Made by a program: the position numbers and the translations under genes
Notes under the pieces: model-generated
Databases searched by the model: none
The model's input: the letters and a program-made list of their open reading frames with translations, nothing else
What the model was told of the DNA's origin: nothing
In this document: piece after piece, positions 18,976 through 27,854 of the stretch
How positions within the stretch are numbered: the stretch's first letter is position 1
Layout: each line of letters opens with the position of its first letter
Assembly: GCF_000757865.1 (NCBI RefSeq)
Contig: NZ_CP007754.1
Coordinates: forward strand, 300,001-332,000
Direction: 5' to 3'
Length of the DNA stretch: 32,000 nucleotides
From: Prochlorococcus sp. MIT 0801
Lineage (GTDB): Bacteria > Cyanobacteriota > Cyanobacteriia > PCC-6307 > Cyanobiaceae

Positions 18976-20097
18976 ATGACTTCAATGCATTATTCAGACC
19001 GGTTTTTGAATTTTGTTCAACAACAGTTGATGAGCTTTCAAGCTGACCAAGAGCTTGAGCATGTTGTTGTTTATGTAGCTAGATCTGGAGAAAGTGGATC
19101 ACCTACTTTGGAAGTAGTTGGCCAGTGGCCGAAGTCAGAGAAAGTTTTACAGCCAGTAGAAACTGATACTGCCCTTCGCACGCCTTCTTCTAATAGGAGA
19201 TGGTATCCATTGCAGGAGGGGTCAATATTGCTAGGTGTTATACGCGCGGAGAGAATCGCTTCTGAGGAAGAATGGCGCGAGTCTCTTGATCAACGCCTGC
19301 AAGCAATGTCAACTTTATTAGCTAACTCCCTCGCTTCTGAACTTGATAGAAAAAGGTTATTAGATCAATTAGATGATCAAAAGGAGCAGATATCATTAAT
19401 GGTGCATCAGCTCAGGAATCCACTAGCTGCTCTTGGAACTTATGCAAAACTTCTTTTGAGAAAAATAGGCCCTGAAAGTGAAAATGAAAGCCTTGTGAAA
19501 GGCCTAATTAACGAACAAGCACAAGTTAATAAATATCTTTCTGCGCTCGATCAACTTAGTCAGGTAAAACTACCCCAAGCTGATGATGGATCAAACAGAT
19601 TGCTCTTGCCTCCACTTTTGCCAACTGAGACTTGCATTAGTGTAAAAAGCTTAATAGAGCCATTGATTGAGAGAGCTAAAGCTAGAGCTAATTTGCAAGG
19701 CAGGAAATGTTATGGCCCTTCAGAATGGCCAACTTGGATGGAAGAAAATTCAATTTCAGAAGGTGTAATTGCTGAAATAGTTGCAAACCTTTTGGAAAAC
19801 GCATTTCGTTACAGCCCTCCTCAATCCTCTATTGGTATTGAAGTGATCGAAAAGGGGATATGTATTTGGGATGAGGGCGCCCCCATAAAGAAGGAAGAAA
19901 GAGAAAAGATTTTTGAGAAAGGTTTTAGGGGTGAAAGTGGTTCAAAAATGTCTGGGAGTGGAATAGGCCTTGCTCTTGCTAGAGATTTGGCTAGACAATT
20001 AGGTGGAGATTTACAGTTATTTGTTGACCCAAGCCAATTTAAAAATTCTTTGCCTGAATCAGGGAATGCCTTCGTTTTTAATTTGGAACAAAAATGA
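18976..20097 (+). CDS. Sensor histidine kinase, soluble, with a GAF-like N-terminal domain (possibly Hik2/CSK-like)
   Basis: H-box 'LMVHQLRNPLAALGTY', N-box 'IVANLLENAFRYS', G-boxes 'IWDEGAPI' and 'GSGIGLALARDLARQLGG'. No TM segment. No response regulator is adjacent. Confidence 0.85.
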   Translation: MTSMHYSDRFLNFVQQQLMSFQADQELEHVVVYVARSGESGSPTLEVVGQWPKSEKVLQPVETDTALRTPSSNRRWYPLQEGSILLGVIRAERIASEEEWRESLDQRLQAMSTLLANSLASELDRKRLLDQLDDQKEQISLMVHQLRNPLAALGTYAKLLLRKIGPESENESLVKGLINEQAQVNKYLSALDQLSQVKLPQADDGSNRLLLPPLLPTETCISVKSLIEPLIERAKARANLQGRKCYGPSEWPTWMEENSISEGVIAEIVANLLENAFRYSPPQSSIGIEVIEKGICIWDEGAPIKKEEREKIFEKGFRGESGSKMSGSGIGLALARDLARQLGGDLQLFVDPSQFKNSLPESGNAFVFNLEQK

Positions 20098-20815
20098 TAC
20101 TTAATAATAATAAATTAGTAGTTTCTGTTATCACTAAACCTGCTCCATAGCTATCACCATTATGGCCTCCTAATAATTTATTTATAAAATGTGGGATTAA
20201 TACTGAAGTTGTTACTCCTGAAGAAATGCAATATATTAGTAATAAATTAGCAGACAAATTTAAGTTTGTTGAAGATAAAAAAAATATTATCCCAATAAAA
20301 ATTATTATCAACGAAGGTCGTATCTCTTTGGAAATGCCTCGCCAGTATTTTTGATGAATGGAGCTAAATTCTTTATTGAAAATGTATTCATAATTTTCAA
20401 TAGCAAATATTTGGGATAATCGTCCCCAGAATGCAGCTATTGGAAAAGCAAAAGGAGCATAAAAATCAAGTTTGATTATTGCTGCAATTTGAAGGATTAA
20501 AATAATTACTAAACTTTGCACACCTATTGCTCCAACTCGGCTGTCTTTCATTGCCTCAATTCGCTTTGATGGCCCTGCACCAACCCCATCAGCTGTATCC
20601 ATTAGCCCGTCAATATGAAGTCCACCAGTTATGCAAATGCTAATTGCAATAGTAATCAAGGCGATAGAAATATTGGGCCAATCAAAGTACTTCAATACAA
20701 GCCAAAAAAATGATTGGGAAAAGCCTATTAAAACTCCTACTAAAGGTGCAAAACGAGCAATTCTTTCGAACCTAGGTTTAATTAGTGGCCATTGAGGCAA
20801 AATTGTGTAGAACAC
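20078..20815 (-). CDS. cobS: Adenosylcobinamide-GDP ribazoletransferase (cobalamin 5'-phosphate synthase)
   Basis: 'FYTILP', 'GGLHIDGLMDTADG' and a polytopic membrane profile. Coordinates use the first canonical start (GTG at 20815). The true start may be upstream, near 20860 (see finding). Confidence 0.9.
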   Translation of the reverse strand: MFYTILPQWPLIKPRFERIARFAPLVGVLIGFSQSFFWLVLKYFDWPNISIALITIAISICITGGLHIDGLMDTADGVGAGPSKRIEAMKDSRVGAIGVQSLVIILILQIAAIIKLDFYAPFAFPIAAFWGRLSQIFAIENYEYIFNKEFSSIHQKYWRGISKEIRPSLIIIFIGIIFFLSSTNLNLSANLLLIYCISSGVTTSVLIPHFINKLLGGHNGDSYGAGLVITETTNLLLLSIIFVPN

Positions 20816-20933
20816 CCATGCACCTGCAAGGTCACCTAGCCAGTTTTTAAAAATCAGAATTACAACCTCAACTGTTTCTTAGATCTCAAATTAGTTATAT
20901 AACTAGTCTAAATTATGGAATATTTAGGAATAA

Positions 20934-22064
20934 TTGAAAAAGACCTCCTTCGATTTTCAAATAAAAAGTCGATGCAAAACGACATTAGCTCGAGTCTGCT
21001 CTATTAAAACTCCAAATGGAATTGTAAATACTCCAAAATTCATGCCTGTTGGGACTTTAGGAACAGTCAAAGGTGTTACTTCTCAGCAACTTGAGAAAAC
21101 AGGGGCTGAAATGATTCTTGCAAATACTTTTCATCTTCATCTTCAACCAGGAGAAAAGATAGTTCAAGATGCCGGCGGACTACATAAATTTATGAGTTGG
21201 AATAAACCAATTCTTACTGACTCAGGAGGTTTTCAAGTATTTAGTTTGGCAAAGTTAAATAAAATTGATGATGAAGGGGTTTCGTTTCAAAGCCCAAGAG
21301 ATGGCAAACATATTTATTTGACTCCTGAAAAAGCTATTGAAATTCAAATGGCTTTAGGCGCCGATGTGGCAATGGCTTTTGATCAATGCCCCCCTTATCC
21401 AGCGAGCGAATCAGATGTTGAGGAGGCTTGCAAGAGAACCCATCATTGGTTGGAGAGATGTATAAATGCTCATAAGAAAGATGATCAAGCAATTTTTGGC
21501 ATAGTTCAAGGGGGCTGCTTCTCTCATTTGAGGGAATTGAGCGCAAAAATCGTCTCAGAATTCGATTTGCCTGGGATTGCTATTGGAGGAGTAAGCGTAG
21601 GTGAACCCATAAGTCAAATGCACAAAATCGTACGAGAAACCTGTCCTTTATTACCTCAAGATCGACCAAGATACTTAATGGGAATTGGAACCTTACGAGA
21701 AATGGCCATAGCAGTAGCAAATGGAGTAGACATGTTTGATTGTGTAATTCCTACGAGGCTGGGAAGGCATGGGAGCGCATTAGTCAATGGAGAGGTATGG
21801 AATTTAAGAAATTCACGTTTTAAAGACGATTACAGCCCATTAGATTCAACATGTACTTGTGAAGCTTGTACAGGATATTCAAGGGCATATATACACCATT
21901 TAATTCGCAACAAAGAATTACTTGGTCTCACACTTTTGAGTCTGCACAACCTCACGCATTTGATCCGTTTTACAGGTGCTATGAGGCAAGCAATTACTGA
22001 AGGTTGTTTTTCAGAGGATTTCGCTCCGTGGCAGAGTGACTCTAAAGCGCGTCATACGTGGTAG
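20934..22064 (+). CDS. tgt: Queuine tRNA-ribosyltransferase
   Basis: 'TPKFMPVGT', 'ILANTFHL', '[11 protein letters not shown]', '[11 protein letters not shown]', 'PRYLMGIG' and the zinc site 'CTCEAC...YIHHL'. TTG start. Confidence 0.95.
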   Translation: MKKTSFDFQIKSRCKTTLARVCSIKTPNGIVNTPKFMPVGTLGTVKGVTSQQLEKTGAEMILANTFHLHLQPGEKIVQDAGGLHKFMSWNKPILTDSGGFQVFSLAKLNKIDDEGVSFQSPRDGKHIYLTPEKAIEIQMALGADVAMAFDQCPPYPASESDVEEACKRTHHWLERCINAHKKDDQAIFGIVQGGCFSHLRELSAKIVSEFDLPGIAIGGVSVGEPISQMHKIVRETCPLLPQDRPRYLMGIGTLREMAIAVANGVDMFDCVIPTRLGRHGSALVNGEVWNLRNSRFKDDYSPLDSTCTCEACTGYSRAYIHHLIRNKELLGLTLLSLHNLTHLIRFTGAMRQAITEGCFSEDFAPWQSDSKARHTW

Positions 22065-22098
22065 CGTGCGTGCTTAATATGTCCATTATTTCTTAGGG

Positions 22099-22242
22099 AT
22101 GGCACTGATTAATTTCGACTTGCTTGCTGAACTTCCAGTTGCATACCAAGCTTTTGCACCAACAGTGGATGTACTTCCGCTAATACCTCTTTTCTTCTTT
22201 CTGCTTGTTTTTGTTTGGCAAGCGGCAGTTGGCTTTCGTTAA
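22099..22242 (+). CDS. psbK: Photosystem II reaction centre protein K (precursor)
   Basis: Found by hand translation: [47 protein letters not shown] (47 aa). It carries the canonical PsbK ending 'VWQAAVGFR'. Confidence 0.93.
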   Translation: MALINFDLLAELPVAYQAFAPTVDVLPLIPLFFFLLVFVWQAAVGFR

Positions 22243-22374
22243 AAGCGAAGTCTTTTCTTCTAGATTTTTTAAAAATTAACTAATCGATTAGATATTCTTA
22301 ACAAAATAAAATTTTTGTTCGAAGTAAGACATCGGACATAAATTTTATTTTTTTGAGTTAATTAATCAGTTTAT

Positions 22375-23403
22375 CTAGATCCCTTTGCTTATCAAAATGT
22401 CTTCACTTGGTATTGATACTGCCTTTTCAATTAAATCAGCAAGATGAAGTGCTCGAGAAGCTTGCAGCCCGTCTACAGCTGGCTTCTCCTTTCCTCTGAC
22501 GCATTGTAGAAAATGCTCCAGTTCTGCATACAATGGCTCAATTGATGTTGTACTCACTTCTTCAATAAAACCATCGTTTCTATAAAGTAGTTCTCCATGA
22601 TCAGCTGAATACCATTCATGAGCCTTTCTATGGATATGAATATTGTGATTTAGGAAATCTGTTTCTATTAGACTTTCTTTGCAATGAGCGCTCAAACTTC
22701 TGATTTTTTTGTGACTCATTTTGCTTGCAGTCAGACTTGCAACGACCCCGTTTTTAAACCCCAGTGTCGCGTTAACGTAATCCATAGGTCCTTCTCCACT
22801 GCATCCTCCAACTGCAGCAAGCCTTATCACTTTTGAATTTGCAAGTTCAATAACTAAATCAATATCGTGAATCATTAAGTCCAAAACGACCGAAACATCA
22901 TTAGCTCTATCGGGATGAGGGCTATGCCTTCTGGCTTCAAGAACTACAACTTCTTCATTAGCAACAACTTTTGTCAATTCTCTAAATGCCGGATTAAATC
23001 TTTCTATATGGCCAACTTGCAATAATTTTTTCGCATTGTTTGAAGCATTGATCAAAGATGATGCTTCTTCTTTATTTGCTGCTATCGGTTTTTCAATTAA
23101 AACATGTTTACCAGACTTTAGACATTCTAGGCCAACTTCATGATGAAATAACGTAGGTACAGCAATACATACAGCTTCTACTTGATGTAATAAATCCTTG
23201 TAGTTTCCATACCAATTACAATTAAATTGCTCCATAGCCAACTTTCCTCGTTCCTCGTCTAAATCTGCAACTCCAATGAGCTCAGCATCCTTGAGAAGAC
23301 TGAGGACTCTTGCATGATGCCACCCCATATTTCCAATTCCTATTACCCCAACTTTTACAGGAATAATATTTTCGTTGATCTTGGAATTGGAAATTGTTTT
23401 CAT
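22375..23403 (-). CDS. Gfo/Idh/MocA-family NAD(P)-dependent oxidoreductase
   Basis: Rossmann N-terminus 'VGVIGIGNMGWHHARVL', 'HVLIEKPIA' and 'QVGHIERFNPAF', typical of this family. Confidence 0.85.
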   Translation of the reverse strand: MKTISNSKINENIIPVKVGVIGIGNMGWHHARVLSLLKDAELIGVADLDEERGKLAMEQFNCNWYGNYKDLLHQVEAVCIAVPTLFHHEVGLECLKSGKHVLIEKPIAANKEEASSLINASNNAKKLLQVGHIERFNPAFRELTKVVANEEVVVLEARRHSPHPDRANDVSVVLDLMIHDIDLVIELANSKVIRLAAVGGCSGEGPMDYVNATLGFKNGVVASLTASKMSHKKIRSLSAHCKESLIETDFLNHNIHIHRKAHEWYSADHGELLYRNDGFIEEVSTTSIEPLYAELEHFLQCVRGKEKPAVDGLQASRALHLADLIEKAVSIPSEDILISKGI

Positions 23404-23440
23404 GTTTACTTTTTTATTAATTAATAGTCTGTTTTATAAA

Positions 23441-24709
23441 TTACTTAGGAAGGATTATTTTTACTTTGTTTATTCTTGGACCTTTCATGGAGATGATTTC
23501 AAATATAACTTCATTATGAACGAATGTTTCTCCTGCATTGGGAATTTCTTGGAGTTTTTCTAAAACAAATCCAGCAAGAGTGTAATGATCATCAGCTTCT
23601 GGCAATTTTAAGTCAAGCTCTCTATTTAGTTCTATTACTTCTATCTCACCAGAAGTAAGCCATATTTTTTTTATGTCATCAAGAGATCTTAGCTCAGATT
23701 CTTTATTATCAAATTGAATTTCATCACCAACAATTTCACCTGTTAAGTCTGCTGATGTTATTAATCCTTCAGTTCCTCCATATTCATCAACGACTAACAG
23801 TAGTGGATTCCCGTTTTTGATTAAGGGTAGCAATTCGGCCAAAGTAGAAGTTTCTAAAACACGAACAACTGGTTTTATATAAGGCTCTAAAGATGAGTTG
23901 GCTTGCATATCCCCTTTTGCTATTGGATCAGCAAGTTGCCTTAAATCTAAAACTCCAAGAACATTATCAAGTGAATCATCAATTACTAAGTATCTTGCAT
24001 GACGAGTTTTATGAACTTCTTCCATCATTTGAGTGAAGGAAACTTCTCTTGGAAGAGTAACCATCCCTGACCTAGGAACCATTACTTCTCTGACTTGTGT
24101 ATCTCTTAAAGCGAAAACACCTTCAAGTATGTTTCTTTCATCAGGTTTTAATCCAGTTACACCACCAGTTTCAATTAACTTCTCTAATTCGCCGGCAGAG
24201 AATGCAGCTGTCGTAAGACTTTCTGATTGAGTATTAAGTCCAAATAATCTAAGAATTAATAAAGCAAGTCCTTCCAGCAACGAAAGGAATGGTGACATCC
24301 ATTTTATCGCTGCTTCAATTAGAGGCGATAATTTCAGAGCAGCAGTCTCTGGTTGATTAAGAACAAGTGCTTTTGGAAGCAGACCAGATATCAAAGTTGC
24401 TAAAAGTACAACAGTAATAAAAAGACCTAGGTCTAAAAAATAATTAATTGAAGCATTATTTGCCCACCATTGACTTGCGAAATTTTTGCAGATCCAACCA
24501 ATTGAAATTAATGAAATAGTTATTCCTAACTCCGCTATTAAAAGGGTTCTTCTCAGCCTTTTCTGTAGACGAATTATGGAATTGGAACCAGGTAGTCCAT
24601 CTTCTACAAGTCTTTGAACCTTAGTTGAACGAAGGCGTAATATGGCAAACTGACCTGCATTGAAAAATGCTGGTATTACAAGCAATATAAAAAGAAGTAA
24701 TAAACTCAT
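23441..24709 (-). CDS. CNNM/TlyC-family membrane protein (DUF21 TM domain, CBS pair, CorC/HlyC C-terminal domain)
   Basis: Four N-terminal TM helices. 'VREVMVPRSGMVTL' marks the start of the CBS pair. 'DEYGGTEGLITSADL' and the C-terminal 'YTLAGFVLEKLQEIPNAGE' mark the transporter-associated domain. Confidence 0.85.
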   Translation of the reverse strand: MSLLLLFILLVIPAFFNAGQFAILRLRSTKVQRLVEDGLPGSNSIIRLQKRLRRTLLIAELGITISLISIGWICKNFASQWWANNASINYFLDLGLFITVVLLATLISGLLPKALVLNQPETAALKLSPLIEAAIKWMSPFLSLLEGLALLILRLFGLNTQSESLTTAAFSAGELEKLIETGGVTGLKPDERNILEGVFALRDTQVREVMVPRSGMVTLPREVSFTQMMEEVHKTRHARYLVIDDSLDNVLGVLDLRQLADPIAKGDMQANSSLEPYIKPVVRVLETSTLAELLPLIKNGNPLLLVVDEYGGTEGLITSADLTGEIVGDEIQFDNKESELRSLDDIKKIWLTSGEIEVIELNRELDLKLPEADDHYTLAGFVLEKLQEIPNAGETFVHNEVIFEIISMKGPRINKVKIILPK

Positions 24710-24723
24710 TAATAATTTTTCTA

Positions 24724-24796
24724 TGGGGGTGGCGAGGATCGAACTCGCCTAAGGCGAATTATGAGTTCGCTGCATTCACCAGATTGCTACACCCCC
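24724..24796 (-). tRNA. tRNA with CAT anticodon (elongator Met, or Ile2 if lysidine-modified); not an initiator
   Basis: Reverse complement is GGGGGTG-TA-GCAATCTGGTGAATGC-A-GCGAA-CTCATAA-TTCGC-CTTAG-GCGAG-TTCGATC-CTCGC-CACCCCC-A. G1:C72 is paired and the anticodon stem has no GGG/CCC, so it is not tRNA-fMet. 73 nt; CCA is not encoded. Confidence 0.9.
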
Positions 24797-24905
24797 AAAA
24801 AAGCAGAACTAAAACTTTTTTTGATAATAGTTAATTAGTTTGCCTAAAGTAAATATATATCTAATCCCACCAAGATGTTTAATAATTAAACTTGCATATA
24901 AAGAT

Positions 24906-25487
24906 ATGAACCCATTGAATCCTCCATCAGATGAAATAAAAGAAAATCTTTTAACTTTATTAGCTCAAAAAGCCTATAGGTTTGGAGATTTTTCTTTGGC
25001 TTCCGGAAAAAAAAGTTCTCATTACGTCAATTGCAAACCTGTCTCTCTCTCAGGTCCAGGTCTCTTGTCGATAAGTTCATTATTCCTAAAACAAATAAAT
25101 CAAAGTGATAGTGGCGTAGCCGGCTTGACTTTAGGTGCTGACCCACTTGTTAGTGGAGTTGTAATGTTGGCAGCTCAAGCAGGTATTTATTTAAACGGTT
25201 TAATAGTAAGGAAAGAAGCTAAAGGTTATGGGACTGGAGCATGGCTAGAAGGACCTTTGCCTCCAAAGGGTTCTGTGATTTCTGTCCTAGAGGATGTTGT
25301 TACTACTGGTGGCTCTTCTTTAAAAGCTGTTGATCAGCTTAGAAATCAAGGTTATTTAGTTAAACAAGTACTAGCAATAGTTGATAGAGAAGAAGGAGGC
25401 GCTGAGGCAATGTCTAAAGCTGATTTAGAGTTAAATAGTCTTTTCTTTTTAAAAGATATTGTTGAAAGAGCTAAAAGTTTGCAATGA
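24906..25487 (+). CDS. pyrE: Orotate phosphoribosyltransferase
   Basis: '[17 protein letters not shown]' and the PRPP-binding motif '[14 protein letters not shown]'. I use the ATG at 24906. The ORF-track TTG at 24840 adds 22 non-conserved-looking residues. Confidence 0.9.
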   Translation: MNPLNPPSDEIKENLLTLLAQKAYRFGDFSLASGKKSSHYVNCKPVSLSGPGLLSISSLFLKQINQSDSGVAGLTLGADPLVSGVVMLAAQAGIYLNGLIVRKEAKGYGTGAWLEGPLPPKGSVISVLEDVVTTGGSSLKAVDQLRNQGYLVKQVLAIVDREEGGAEAMSKADLELNSLFFLKDIVERAKSLQ

Positions 25488-26332
25488 CAGAAACTCAATC
25501 ATTGATTTGGGATGAAACATTCCCTTCGTTGCTTCTCAAAGGTCAGGGGACAACTGCTTTTTTACATGGTCAAACAACCGCTGATGTTTTTGCTGAGAAG
25601 GAACTAGATAGAATATTTACTAGTTGTTGGCTATCAACTAAAGGATCTTTAAAAGCTGTATTGGAAATTCGACTTTCAGATAATAAGGCTGAAATAGTTA
25701 TAATTTGTGGTGAAATTAATTCTATAAGAGATGGATTTGAATCAGTGATATTTCCAGCCGATAAAGTTAAGTTAGAAGTTGTAGATCCAATTAGAAGAAG
25801 ACAAGAAATAAATAATAATAATTCATGGAAGGAGTCAAATTTTAGTTGGATTGATAATAATGATTTAATCCTAGACGAAATAAATCACTATAGAAAAGCT
25901 ACTAAAGAAGAATTGGAGGCTTGGAAAATAAGACAAGGAATACCTAGCTTTGATAAAGAGATGAATGGAGAAACTAATCCTTACGAGCTAGGATTAGCAG
26001 ATACTATAAATTTAGATAAAGGCTGTTATCTAGGTCAAGAGGCAATGGCAAAGTTCTTTAGGTCAAAATCTCTAAAATATCAACTTCGTTATTGGGAAGC
26101 TTATGGGAAAAATGATAATTTTAAAATTGGTAAAAATTTTTTTAATACTAATAAAAATGAAGGATATAAAAAAAATGTAGGGGTTGTTACTTCTTCAATT
26201 AGGGTTAATGATAATTTTTTTAATGGACTGGCTTTAATTAAGAAAACTTTTCTTGATCAGGATTTTTGTTTTTCTGAAAATGGTGACTCCATAACTATTA
26301 AAAAACCAATCTCTTTTACTAATCCTTTTTAA
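25484..26332 (+). CDS. ygfZ: YgfZ/GcvT-like folate-binding protein (COG0354 family)
   Basis: Diagnostic '[14 protein letters not shown]' (K-G-C-Y-x-G-Q-E motif). ATGA start/stop overlap with pyrE. Confidence 0.8.
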   Translation: MTETQSLIWDETFPSLLLKGQGTTAFLHGQTTADVFAEKELDRIFTSCWLSTKGSLKAVLEIRLSDNKAEIVIICGEINSIRDGFESVIFPADKVKLEVVDPIRRRQEINNNNSWKESNFSWIDNNDLILDEINHYRKATKEELEAWKIRQGIPSFDKEMNGETNPYELGLADTINLDKGCYLGQEAMAKFFRSKSLKYQLRYWEAYGKNDNFKIGKNFFNTNKNEGYKKNVGVVTSSIRVNDNFFNGLALIKKTFLDQDFCFSENGDSITIKKPISFTNPF

Positions 26333-26350
26333 TTTATTGCGATATGCTTA

Positions 26351-27802
26351 CTAGTGATCTATTAACCATTTTGCGATCATTAAGGTAGCTATACAATCAT
26401 CACGATTATATTCAAAAATTGAATTTAAATTTTTAGAATACATTTTATTGACTTTACGTGATTTTTTCCATTGTCTCCACCATAAAAGAGCTCTAGCTCC
26501 ATCTACATTTGAATGTTTCCATTCATATCCTATCCATTCTGCGATTGATTTAAGACCATAATTCCTTACGGGAAGACACCAGTATTCTCTAATTAATAAA
26601 TGTATATCAATAAATCTTTTTTTTAATTCTTCAATTTCATTAGGATCAGCTCCTTGTCGCAATCCTAGCTTTAGCAAAGATATTGGTTCTGTTTCTCCAT
26701 AATGGATGATGGGATAGTCTCGATTAAGAATTAATTTTTTAGTTATTCTTTTCCATAGAAAACTTTCAGTATTTTTTTCAAGACTAAGTAATGGAGAATA
26801 TTTAGTTTTTTCTAAACTTATTTCATTTCTTATGTTTTTTGGTATTCGAATAAATCCGTGTAAAAAGTCATGTTTAATATCTGGGTCAGATTCAATGTCA
26901 TAAATATATAAACCTTTTGCTTTCTTTAGATTATTTAGTTCTATTTCTGGATTTAGTTTGATTGCCCTATTCGTTGATTGAGATTGAGATTGTAAAATAA
27001 CTTGCTTGGAAATATCACCATGTTGTCGCCCGAATATCTCAAGCTTTTCCTTTAATTTATAATGCTTCGTCTTCGCTAGTTCCTCTATATTATTTATACC
27101 AATTTTGTTTAATAAAAGTTCTCTTTTTGCTCCAATCCCGCTAACTTCACTTAAGCTTCCTTCATTAATTGCTACAGCATCACAATCTTTTCTCCATGAA
27201 CATATTGTGCATTTTTTTCTATTAGAAGTGATCGGTGGAGGAGTTCTTGATTCTATATCTTTCTCTAGATTTAATAATGAATCTATTAAATCTTTGTTTA
27301 TATTAGCGCTTAATTTTATCTTTTCGACTTTTATAACTTCATTTTCTTTGTGTAATATTAACCCTTTTTTTACTTCAAATTTTTGTAAATTATTTATTAA
27401 TAAACCAGTCATTGCAAGTGATAATTTATGCTCTCTTGTGATTTTTTTACCTTGCCTAGCTAGTATAGGTTGATATGAAAAATTCCCCCAAATACTCTCT
27501 CCTGATGTCTTCTTTAGTATCGGTAAATTCGCTTTGATAATTCTATTTTTTATTAGAGGATATTTAATTCTGACTCCATAAGCAATATTTTTCCCCTCTT
27601 CACAAGCTTGAATTCCTATCCCATAACTTTTTTGTGAGAGATTATGAAAGCAGTCGATTTGATGATTTAATTGAAGTGTGCTGTGGGCCGTCCACAACTT
27701 TTTTTGTTTATCACCATAAATATCAAGCCACGCTTTTCTTCTGCATCTAATCCAACTCCTTAAAAGATGATCGTTAATTGGTTTGGATTTATTACATTTC
27801 AT
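26351..27802 (-). CDS. RecB/Cas4-like nuclease, helix-hairpin-helix and DEDD-like exonuclease fusion protein (TM0106-type putative nuclease)
   Basis: Cys20 ('WIRCRRKAWLD') plus C198-x2-C201-x5-C207 ('KKCTICSWRKDC') give the 1+3 cysteine arrangement of Cas4/AddB-type Fe-S nucleases. 'VSGIGAKRELLLNKIGINNIEELA' is an HhH motif. 'LYIYDIESDPD' and 'EYNRDDCIAT' resemble Exo I and Exo III motifs. Confidence 0.8.
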   Translation of the reverse strand: MKCNKSKPINDHLLRSWIRCRRKAWLDIYGDKQKKLWTAHSTLQLNHQIDCFHNLSQKSYGIGIQACEEGKNIAYGVRIKYPLIKNRIIKANLPILKKTSGESIWGNFSYQPILARQGKKITREHKLSLAMTGLLINNLQKFEVKKGLILHKENEVIKVEKIKLSANINKDLIDSLLNLEKDIESRTPPPITSNRKKCTICSWRKDCDAVAINEGSLSEVSGIGAKRELLLNKIGINNIEELAKTKHYKLKEKLEIFGRQHGDISKQVILQSQSQSTNRAIKLNPEIELNNLKKAKGLYIYDIESDPDIKHDFLHGFIRIPKNIRNEISLEKTKYSPLLSLEKNTESFLWKRITKKLILNRDYPIIHYGETEPISLLKLGLRQGADPNEIEELKKRFIDIHLLIREYWCLPVRNYGLKSIAEWIGYEWKHSNVDGARALLWWRQWKKSRKVNKMYSKNLNSIFEYNRDDCIATLMIAKWLIDH

Positions 27803-27854
27803 ACTTAGAGAATAATCCGCATTTCTCTAAGAACAAAGTTTCTCCAATATAAAG

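Noticed and set aside
20892-20905. 14-nt perfect palindrome TAGTTATATAACTA in the cobS-tgt divergent spacer. A 12-nt CTAATCGATTAG lies downstream of psbK, near 22279-22290.
   Set aside because: Palindromes of this length made only of A and T are expected many times by chance in 32 kb of ~30% GC DNA. There is no supporting context.
27105-27473. 122-aa ORF antisense to the RecB-like nuclease gene.
   Set aside because: It is a shadow ORF inside a motif-supported CDS, with low-complexity Phe/Ser/Leu/Ile composition.
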